Part shown: positions 25,166-32,288 of the stretch, one piece after another
Layout: the number at the start of each line of letters is the position of its first letter
Numbering within the stretch: the stretch's first letter is position 1
Virus record (IMG/VR): IMGVR_UViG_3300017655_000277
Span: 1 to 41,190 of that record
DNA from: a virus
Lineage: Duplodnaviria > Caudoviricetes
DNA: 41,190 bases
Direction: 5' to 3' (one strand)
Translations under genes and position numbers: made by a program
Notes under the pieces: generated by a model
What the model was told of the DNA's origin: nothing
What the model saw: the letters and a program-made list of their open reading frames with translations, nothing else
Database searches by the model: none

Positions 25166-26407
25166 TTAACTCATGTCGTTGGTCGAAATCACTTCCGGGT
25201 CCTGCACACCGAAACCCAGCACACCAGTCAAACCGAAGTCGATCGTGTACATCTTTTCGATAGGCCGCCATTTTTCGTAATCGCCCAGCAAGTCGGTCGC
25301 AGCAATCAGATTTTCCTTCGGCGTACAAACCAGCTGCTGGCTCCCACTCATCCACGTTACCGGCTTAAGGATGCAATTGCCATTGGACGTAGGCAATGTG
25401 ACCAACTTCAAATCCTTATCGGTATACTTCGAGATATCGCCCTCGAAATCATCAAGCAACGCCTCAAAAGAAGACAAAGAGCTATACATAAAGCATTTCC
25501 TGTTTGCGCGCACTACTTCGGGAACGCCCCGGTACACAGCTTTGAACTTTGAATACGCATCAGTGGCCAACGATCCCGTTGTAACCACTTTACCCAATGC
25601 ATCAGCTGTACGCAGCGTGCGGATTTTAGTCCCCAAACCCTCACAGATAGCCAGCACATCCACGTTGAGCCATTTTGCTGGGTGGGTAGCGGGCGACTGC
25701 CCCGCTGTCGTTTCGTCCAACGCACGGAAATAGTGATCTTTCTTACCCGTATTGAAGCGAACCAAATCGCCTACGTCGTAAGTAGAAGCCGGATTAAACG
25801 CGCTGAATGCCGCGCGACCTACACCATTCCAAACGGTTTGGTTATTGATTGCTGAGGCATTCTCATCAGCCACCGTTTCCAGTGTAAATTGTGCGTACGG
25901 AATCCGAGTGTTAGTAGCGCCTTCACCAGGGCCACGATCTTCCGCGAGATAGATCGTACGGTATTTTTTCGGTTCAATCGTAATATCCCGCTGCCAATCA
26001 TCAACCTCCAGCACCTGCCCGCTCAATTTGATGTCGTTAGGGTTCGACTCCTCAATACCTGAGTACGGCATCGGGCCACCACTAACGGTTAGCTTATGCA
26101 GGTTCACCTTGTTTTTAACGTTAAACATGGGTGTGATATCGTTGAATACCTGTATGCCAGTTACAAAACGCCTATACAATCCCTTCGCGTATTTACCTGC
26201 ATATGCAGCCAGCGCCGAAATATCCGGCGATGCCTCTGCACGGAGCACACCCGCGTTCCCTCGAGGCACCAGCCCCCCAATTAAAAACACAGCAAAAAGC
26301 ACCCCCAGCAAAGCAGGTTTACCCACCGCATTCGCCACAAAGAGCGATAAAAGAGCCGTCAGCAACAAGCCGACCGCCAACCCCAATCCTTTCGAAAAAT
26401 TTTTCAT
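25166..26407 (-). CDS. Major capsid protein (putative), with hydrophobic N-terminal leader and CBM-like insertion
   Basis: Directly follows the Clp protease/scaffold gene; size fits; HK97-type order of elements is inferred (TVWNG...EGLGTKI...TPKENL...GFGV). Confidence 0.75.
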   Translation of the reverse strand: MKNFSKGLGLAVGLLLTALLSLFVANAVGKPALLGVLFAVFLIGGLVPRGNAGVLRAEASPDISALAAYAGKYAKGLYRRFVTGIQVFNDITPMFNVKNKVNLHKLTVSGGPMPYSGIEESNPNDIKLSGQVLEVDDWQRDITIEPKKYRTIYLAEDRGPGEGATNTRIPYAQFTLETVADENASAINNQTVWNGVGRAAFSAFNPASTYDVGDLVRFNTGKKDHYFRALDETTAGQSPATHPAKWLNVDVLAICEGLGTKIRTLRTADALGKVVTTGSLATDAYSKFKAVYRGVPEVVRANRKCFMYSSLSSFEALLDDFEGDISKYTDKDLKLVTLPTSNGNCILKPVTWMSGSQQLVCTPKENLIAATDLLGDYEKWRPIEKMYTIDFGLTGVLGFGVQDPEVISTNDMS

Positions 26408-26447
26408 CTTATCCAGTTCTAAAAATTTAGCAAATCACAATCAGGGC

Positions 26448-27569
26448 TTACTTACCCCAAATTTGTTCATACTCCTCATCCACCGAAGTGCGGAAATTGT
26501 CCACCTCTTCCTCTTTTTCACCGGTCGGGATCACGTCATCCTTATCCGTTTTGGTAGTGGTTGTTTCAGCTGCTGGCTTACCCTTCAGCTCTGCCACTTC
26601 CGCCTTTAGCGCCTCAATGGTTGCATTGTCTTTAGTCGCCCGAGCTTCCAAATCCGTTACCTTTTTCTTTGCCTCGACCAAGTCAGTAGCGTTTTGCTCA
26701 GCAGTAGCCAGCTCACTATCCAATGCAAGCGTTACACCCTCAATCCCAGCCTCTGCGATTTCGGTGTTTACGGCATCCACTTGCTCCGCCGTCACATCAC
26801 CCGCAGCAACTTTTGCCAGGGCTGTGAGTTTCGAAAATTTATTACCAAACATATTTTTCGGGTTTTGATCCTTATTCAAACCGATCATCGCGCCAACTTG
26901 ATCCATCACTTTAGCCATAAAAGACTGCGATGGCTCTTCCATCCGCTCATCATACCAAGCTGCCACCTGCTCAGGGCTCATTTCCTTCACATTTTCCGGC
27001 ATATCCTCAGCGTCGTAATCTTCCACCACATCGATAAAGCCCTCCGCTTTCGCTTCATCCGGCGTAAAGTAATGATCGTCGTAGTCCATGTATTCGGCCT
27101 GCACCACGTCGAGGGCTTTGCCCGTCCGGTCTGCGATCAAACCACCCAGCACATCGTCATACTTATCCATAGTGTCAGCATCCTTACGGAGCTTCCGCGC
27201 GTTCCCGTATGACCACGTGCTAACGTTGTGAATCATCATCAACGAACCTTTGGCCGCGTGTACCCGGCCCGGCTTAGCCGCCAGCAAGATCATTGCAGCC
27301 ATACTGAAGGCAATACCGTCGTTATATGTATGCACTTCCTTCTTGCTCGCTTTGATAGCGTTGAAAATCGGCAAACCCTCCCATACCGAACCGCCTGGTC
27401 CATTGATATGGATATTTATCCGCTCATGCTCCTTTTCCAACGCATTGAAAGCGCGGATAAAACCTTTGGCATTCGTCTCATCCCACCAGGGACCAATCAC
27501 CCCGTAGATATTTATCCGGCCAGCTTCCCCGGCTTTCGCCTGCACAACTTCAAAAAATGGACGCTTCAT
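26448..27569 (-). CDS. ClpP-type head maturation protease with C-terminal scaffold-like coiled coil
   Basis: INIYGVIG, HINGPGGSVWEG, DGIAFSMA (Ser), MMIHN (His) and EAKAEGFID motifs. Confidence 0.92.
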   Translation of the reverse strand: MKRPFFEVVQAKAGEAGRINIYGVIGPWWDETNAKGFIRAFNALEKEHERINIHINGPGGSVWEGLPIFNAIKASKKEVHTYNDGIAFSMAAMILLAAKPGRVHAAKGSLMMIHNVSTWSYGNARKLRKDADTMDKYDDVLGGLIADRTGKALDVVQAEYMDYDDHYFTPDEAKAEGFIDVVEDYDAEDMPENVKEMSPEQVAAWYDERMEEPSQSFMAKVMDQVGAMIGLNKDQNPKNMFGNKFSKLTALAKVAAGDVTAEQVDAVNTEIAEAGIEGVTLALDSELATAEQNATDLVEAKKKVTDLEARATKDNATIEALKAEVAELKGKPAAETTTTKTDKDDVIPTGEKEEEVDNFRTSVDEEYEQIWGK

Positions 27570-27632
27570 TTAACTCTTTTAATTCCGGCACCACCACCAC
27601 GGCAGTGCCGGAAAACCAATACTATGAGAATG

Positions 27633-27669
27633 CAAAACTGAATAATGCCCTTAGCGGGCGAAAGGACAC
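27633..27669 (-). promoter_or_regulatory. Putative late promoter copy 6 (the only one with a real 5' leader)
   Basis: Minus strand reads GTGTCCTTT-N20-CAGTTTTG; the protease ATG is at 27569, about 60 nt downstream. Confidence 0.7.
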
Positions 27670-28109
27670 TACAGCGCCGGGTGCGGTTGCTCCACCCGAA
27701 AGCCATACTGGTAGTGCGGAGCACCGGTATACGTCTCACCCGTATCGCCAGCCATTACGATCGTTACCGGGCACACCGGCGAACCAATCACCCAGTAGCG
27801 GCCATTCATGTCGCGGATGCGCAGCACCGACCGCTGGCCAATGTAAGCAGCCAGCGTAGCCTCCAGCTCCGCTGTCGGGTGGTGTATACGAAACCTCCCT
27901 TGGTACGTGTAGCGCATACCGTTGTCCGTTTCCTCGCGCGTAGGCTCCAAGCTGCCTTGGGCCGGAAGTATTTCCACTTGGTTCCAGCCTTTGCCGGCTT
28001 TGAAAGCAATGGGCGCGAAAGATGAGAAATCAGTGTGGTGGGCGATCTCGATCACGTGAGCAATCGAGCCAATGTTGTCGCCGTCATGTAGTATATGAAT
28101 CTTTGCCAT
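27669..28109 (-). CDS. Tail-tube-like paralogue, 146 aa (start revised to MAKIHI)
   Basis: ATG 4 nt after the late-promoter motif; DNIGSI...DMNGRYWVIGS...DTG..TG pattern parallels the 24202-24762 protein. Confidence 0.55.
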   Translation of the reverse strand: MAKIHILHDGDNIGSIAHVIEIAHHTDFSSFAPIAFKAGKGWNQVEILPAQGSLEPTREETDNGMRYTYQGRFRIHHPTAELEATLAAYIGQRSVLRIRDMNGRYWVIGSPVCPVTIVMAGDTGETYTGAPHYQYGFRVEQPHPAL

Positions 28110-28150
28110 AGCGCAAAGTGACAGCAAACGGTGTTGAAGGGAAAGGACGG
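28110..28150 (-). promoter_or_regulatory. Putative late promoter copy 7
   Basis: Minus strand reads CCGTCCTTT-N20-TCACTTTG-CGCT-ATG(28109). Confidence 0.7.
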
Positions 28151-28171
28151 GAAATAGTTGTATATTTGGAT

Positions 28172-28456
28172 ATGGAATCAAAAGAAAAAATAACTAAAGA
28201 ATATCTGGTTAACAAATTAAAATGGCAGCCGGTTGATGAACCTCATATCTTGGCAATGGAATTAAAGGACGACGGAGTTATATTGGCAAACCCTAGTTAT
28301 CCTGATATAGTGCTCGTAGAATTTGACGAAAACAAGTTTGTCCCGATGCAACGGTCAACTATCAATCATAAACCAAAAGTCATTTCCGATAATAATATCG
28401 AAGTGGTCGGCGATTATGATGCTTTTATAATACCGATTTTAAAAATAAAAAAATAG
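28172..28456 (+). CDS. AT-rich moron, hypothetical 94 aa (start revised to MESKEK)
   Basis: TATATTTG at 28161-28168 then ATG 3 nt later; low GC; opposite strand. Confidence 0.65.
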   Translation: MESKEKITKEYLVNKLKWQPVDEPHILAMELKDDGVILANPSYPDIVLVEFDENKFVPMQRSTINHKPKVISDNNIEVVGDYDAFIIPILKIKK

Positions 28457-28487
28457 TCCTTTGGAAAGGCTGATATCTGTTTTCCCT

Positions 28488-28640
28488 TGGATATCATGGA
28501 TACGATGGACATTAACCATACAACCCCAACAAAATCAGCGCTTTACATTATCCACGGCTCGTGGACACAAAAAACACCTAAAAACCTAAAACACTAATAA
28601 CTAGGTAAATAACAAAACACCTAGTGTCCACAAGTGTCCA
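28488..28640. repeat. TGGAYA iteron-like array A
   Basis: Forward copies at 28488, 28497, 28506 and 28562; reverse copies at 28549, 28625 and 28635; A-rich spacer. Confidence 0.8.
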
Positions 28641-28654
28641 CGGTTTCGGCAAAA

Positions 28655-29230
28655 TCACCCGAAAAGCGACATTTGAGGCGGAAAATTACTGCCGAATGCA
28701 CCCACCACTGGCCGATCAAAATCCTCAATCATCATTGGGATCACCAGCCCCGGCTTCCCATTTTCATCTACGCCCGTTCGCACCTCCAGCCGCTGGCGCT
28801 CGCGGTAATACCAGCGCTTCAAATTATCAAACGAAAGATGTTCCTCCTGGAAGCCGTAAAAATCCTGAAAACGGCGGATGTTATAATCAACCTTCGTATC
28901 CGGCGCGTCCGGGTGATGGCACCAGCGGTACATTTCCTGTTTGATCAACAAATCAATTGCCTCGCTAAAAAGCTTCAATTTCTCAGCGCTAAGATATCCA
29001 CCATACTTCCGCAAACCCGTCTCACCCATGCATACATCATACATTTCCCCCAGGCTATGCTTCAAGCAAGGGCGAATGCGCCCCGGATCATCCTTTGCAA
29101 AAGGCTCAAACATCGATCGTAACAAGCCAGCGGCATAGTTACGATCGGAGATCAAAAGCTGCGGACCAAATTGGACCAAAAGATAACGCCTTACATGCGG
29201 CTTAACGGTTATTCTTACAATGTCGCTCAT
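28655..29230 (-). CDS. Putative transcription regulator (candidate late activator), 191 aa
   Basis: N-terminal RITVKPHVRRYL (ribbon-helix-like) and C-terminal IRRFQDFYGF.E..LSFDNLKRWYYR (HTH-like); sits between early and late modules; own TATATTTG box at 29253-29260 (minus). Confidence 0.5.
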   Translation of the reverse strand: MSDIVRITVKPHVRRYLLVQFGPQLLISDRNYAAGLLRSMFEPFAKDDPGRIRPCLKHSLGEMYDVCMGETGLRKYGGYLSAEKLKLFSEAIDLLIKQEMYRWCHHPDAPDTKVDYNIRRFQDFYGFQEEHLSFDNLKRWYYRERQRLEVRTGVDENGKPGLVIPMMIEDFDRPVVGAFGSNFPPQMSLFG

Positions 29231-29309
29231 GGTATTGGGTAATTAGTACCCTCAAATATAGCTAATTATAATCAAAAACTATATAAAAAATATATTAGAT
29301 AGTTTTTAA

Positions 29310-29636
29310 CTATTTAAATATCCCGTTGGCCTTATAATGCTCTTCCAGTCTGCGCGAAAATTCAATCGTTTCCGTCATTACCTTTTGCAGATAGTCCACA
29401 CGCCTCCGTAGTCCGTCCCACGGGTTCATCGGCACAAAATCATAATCATTCATGTGGCCACCTGGCTCTTTAACGAGCAACCGGAAAGCCTCATTCTGAA
29501 ATTCCTGCGGTGTAAACCATTTCTTAGTACTCCGCTGGTAAATCCACCATCCGTTATCTTTTGCCATGCGCAGCGTAAGCTTCAGCTCATGCGGCACTGA
29601 TTTATCAAAACGTCTAATCGTTCCATGCTCTTCCAT
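29310..29636 (-). CDS. Hypothetical protein, 108 aa, behind an SOS-box-like palindrome (start revised to MEEHG)
   Basis: TAATTTTG (29642-29649, minus) then ATG 5 nt later; KKWFTPQEF motif. Confidence 0.7.
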   Translation of the reverse strand: MEEHGTIRRFDKSVPHELKLTLRMAKDNGWWIYQRSTKKWFTPQEFQNEAFRLLVKEPGGHMNDYDFVPMNPWDGLRRRVDYLQKVMTETIEFSRRLEEHYKANGIFK

Positions 29637-29650
29637 ACACACAAAATTAT

Positions 29651-29665
29651 ACTAATATTTTTAGT
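29651..29665. promoter_or_regulatory. Palindrome ACTAA-N5-TTAGT (SOS-box-like operator)
   Basis: Perfect 5-bp inverted arms abutting a TAnnTTTG box; matches the CTAA-N5-TTAG motif I recall for some Bacteroidota SOS repressors. Confidence 0.6.
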
Positions 29666-29701
29666 CTTCCCAATGTTTCGGATATCAAAGATGTAAATGT
29701 A

Positions 29702-29829
29702 TGGACACGCGTGGACACGGATGGATAATGTTTGCGAGCGTTTTCGCGAGCTATAGCATCATAATATGTTGATTATTAATACAATCTTTATATATATAGA
29801 ACGTGTGTCCACGCTATCCATGCTATCCA
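29702..29829. repeat. TGGAYA iteron-like array B
   Basis: Forward copies at 29702, 29712 and 29722; reverse copies at 29806, 29815 and 29824; AT-rich core including TATATATATA. Confidence 0.8.
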
Positions 29830-29882
29830 CGCAGTTTCGCCACCCTCTTAAAAAACAACTTAGTAATTAAACTCCACCACAC

Positions 29883-29914
29883 AAAAAAGCCCCGACCGTG
29901 TTACCGATCGGGGC
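29883..29914 (-). terminator. Rho-independent terminator of the early operon
   Basis: AAAAAA-GCCCCGA...TCGGGGC stem; U-tail on the minus strand. Confidence 0.75.
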
Positions 29915-29971
29915 CACCCCAAAGGGATTTGGGGCTATCAACCTAAACCAATGCTAAGATACAAAAAAAGC

Positions 29972-30433
29972 TCAATACCGAAAGTCCGTGAAGTGGATAA
30001 TACCGCCTGTAAGGCTTCCGCCAAACCAAGCGCGGAAATCTTCCACCGCCAGCCCATCGTTCGCAGCTACGTATTTTTCGCTTACGCTGCTAAAACTCCC
30101 CTCATGAATAGCATTCGTACGTATGCGCACATCTTTACTCACATCCCCATATGGCAATACCATAGTTTCCTGCCACCCCATTTTTTCCAGCCGCAAAAAC
30201 TCGTCTTGCTTACTATTATATGGCCTTCCAATCCAGTCACGCACACTCAGCACCGCATTCCCAGCGTTAACTTCTTCCGCCACTTTGCGCCAGTACTCCC
30301 CGGCGCGTATCGTGTGTATTTTCTTTCCTTCCAGTATCAGCTGCCGGAAGTTCGTAGGCTGGCCAGCCCGCGGGTGGCCCTTCAAAAATACCTTGCTCAC
30401 CGTGAGCACGTATGTTTTCTTCTTAGTCTCCAT
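29972..30433 (-). CDS. ASCH/PUA-like domain protein (start revised to METKKK)
   Basis: ILEGKKIHTIR (GxKxxxxR) and AANDGL..EDF..WF motifs. Confidence 0.65.
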   Translation of the reverse strand: METKKKTYVLTVSKVFLKGHPRAGQPTNFRQLILEGKKIHTIRAGEYWRKVAEEVNAGNAVLSVRDWIGRPYNSKQDEFLRLEKMGWQETMVLPYGDVSKDVRIRTNAIHEGSFSSVSEKYVAANDGLAVEDFRAWFGGSLTGGIIHFTDFRY

Positions 30434-30674
30434 GTATGCTATAAATAAGTGTATGCAACTCTTTATACGTAGCCTCAATTATCTCCTTTTGCGTTGATTC
30501 GTCAAGAGCTTGAAAATCGCTCTTGTGGCGGTAAACCGGTCCAATAGAATCCTTCAGCACTTTGTGATTGATGATTTCGCCGTACATCACCAGCTCCGCC
30601 CCGTCATCCTTTTTAAAGGATACACAACATTGCTTTTCAATCCTCGATACACCGCTGTAAGATAAAGTTGGCAT
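30423..30674 (-). CDS. Hypothetical protein, about 83 aa
   Basis: Fills the operon gap between HNH and ASCH-like genes; start uncertain. Confidence 0.5.
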   Translation of the reverse strand: MPTLSYSGVSRIEKQCCVSFKKDDGAELVMYGEIINHKVLKDSIGPVYRHKSDFQALDESTQKEIIEATYKELHTLIYSIHGD

Positions 30675-30691
30675 TTTGATAAAAATTAAGT

Positions 30692-30994
30692 TCAAAAATT
30701 AAGTTTCAACTGGTCGCGCCGCCAGTTACGGCCATACTTCCTATTTTCGATATGCCTCGGCAAATCATACTTCAGGTGGCACGCCTGGCACAGCGCCCGC
30801 AATCGATCATCCAAAACATCCGCATTGCTCTTATCATGATCGAGGTGGGCAATCGTCAGTACCACCTTGGTCCCGTTAGCCTTTACGGTGTAGTTGGCTA
30901 CCCCGCAAAACTCGCAGCAATGATTTGCCCGTTCCAAAATCCGTTGGCGGATTTCGTTCCAATTGGCCGGATATTCCGAATAATCGCAAGGCAT
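30692..30994 (-). CDS. HNH endonuclease-like zinc-binding protein
   Basis: CEFCG...LTIAHLDH...LRALCQACHLKYD. Confidence 0.8.
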   Translation of the reverse strand: MPCDYSEYPANWNEIRQRILERANHCCEFCGVANYTVKANGTKVVLTIAHLDHDKSNADVLDDRLRALCQACHLKYDLPRHIENRKYGRNWRRDQLKLNF

Positions 30995-30996
30995 GG

Positions 30997-31449
30997 CTAT
31001 GTGGCGCTACAATCAAATTCGTCAGTCACCGATCGCGTAGTCTTTCGGCCATTAAAATTTTTCAAGAACCGAATAGCCATTGCACCCGTCTGAACAGCCT
31101 CCGCCAGCAAAGCCTTTTCCTCACCGCCCTCATATACATATTGCACGGCAGCCTTTACCATTTCCCCGCATTCTTCCTGTACAACAGCTGCCGCATGAAT
31201 AGGATCGCTAGGCCACGCTGGGTGCTTTGTTTCAGCCCGCTCCAGCTCTTCCAGTATAGGATAAACAGGACCGACATCCATTGCCGCCAGTCGCTGGATA
31301 TTCGTGGCCGACTGGTCGCGAATTTTAACCAATAAGCCCAGCGCCTTATTCATTTTTCCCACTGGCATTTCACCGTAAATACAGTCCTTCAGCCCTTCGT
31401 ACAATTCGTCGAGCTTGTCAATTTCTGTGTTCAATAAATTTTCGTTCAT
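30997..31449 (-). CDS. MazG-like NTP pyrophosphohydrolase fold protein
   Basis: RAETKHP...VVQEECGE...EAVQTGAMAIRF all-alpha EExxE motif. Confidence 0.6.
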   Translation of the reverse strand: MNENLLNTEIDKLDELYEGLKDCIYGEMPVGKMNKALGLLVKIRDQSATNIQRLAAMDVGPVYPILEELERAETKHPAWPSDPIHAAAVVQEECGEMVKAAVQYVYEGGEEKALLAEAVQTGAMAIRFLKNFNGRKTTRSVTDEFDCSAT

Positions 31450-31454
31450 GATAT

Positions 31455-32288
31455 TTAGTTATTAAAAAGTGTCAATTGTTCCTTATGCTCGTAGTTCATC
31501 CAAATACATTCCTGCACCAGGCCACTACGTATATTATTCCGTTTCGAGGGGAAAGCCACCATTTCCCAATCACCATACAGCTCGCGCATCAGTCCGCAGT
31601 CATAAGATGAAATCATCACCATCCCAGTAGCCGCCCGTGCCACCGTCGCCAAGTCAATGTGATCATTATCTGTAAAGTCAAACCGGTAATCATTTTTGCT
31701 GGCCCGGCTCTCCACTGGGTACGGCGGATCCAGGTAAAAGAAAGCTTCGGCAAAATCCAGTAACGGAATCAACTCACGAAAACACCTATTTTCAATCTGC
31801 AAGCTCATCAGCCTATCCGATATCTCAATCAGTTTAGGTATACTATTCCACCACAGCGAAACCACTTCTCCCCCCCATACATCCGTTTTCGCTTTCGATA
31901 GCCGCCATCCCTTATTTTTCTGTTGGCCACCCATGCTAAACATACTTTGCCGTACACGCACGTAAAAACGCCGTGCCCGCTCAACCGGTTCGTCCACATC
32001 ACCCCAGCACTCATTATATTCCTGCCGCGATATCGGTGTAAGCAAAAGCTGTGTGATCAGCTCACGCGGATAATCGCGCAGCACCCGGAAAAAATTCACT
32101 ACATCGCCATTGATGTCGTTATATGTATTAATCCGGCTCAGCGGTTTATTCAGCGTAACGGCCATCGAGCCACCAAACACGTCGATAAAATGCACATGCT
32201 TCGGAAAGTACTTATACAGCCAGTCAGTCCAGGTAAGTTTTCCCCCGAAGTAGTTGAAAGCAATCAGTTTGCTTGAATCGTGTGACAT
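31455..32288 (-). CDS. DNA adenine methyltransferase (Dam/D12 family, alpha class)
   Basis: NYFGGK, DVFGGS, NDIN and YLDPPY motifs in alpha order. Confidence 0.92.
   Translation of the reverse strand: MSHDSSKLIAFNYFGGKLTWTDWLYKYFPKHVHFIDVFGGSMAVTLNKPLSRINTYNDINGDVVNFFRVLRDYPRELITQLLLTPISRQEYNECWGDVDEPVERARRFYVRVRQSMFSMGGQQKNKGWRLSKAKTDVWGGEVVSLWWNSIPKLIEISDRLMSLQIENRCFRELIPLLDFAEAFFYLDPPYPVESRASKNDYRFDFTDNDHIDLATVARAATGMVMISSYDCGLMRELYGDWEMVAFPSKRNNIRSGLVQECIWMNYEHKEQLTLFNN

Noticed and set aside
28456-28469. GTCCTTT on the plus strand after the 94-aa moron
   Set aside because: No TTTG 24 nt downstream and no ORF follows; it is part of a short CCTTT-GG-AAAGG inverted repeat, so it was not counted as a late promoter.
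28488-29829. CRISPR array
   Set aside because: Repeats are 6-8 bp in both orientations with no unique 30-40 bp spacers; no cas genes.
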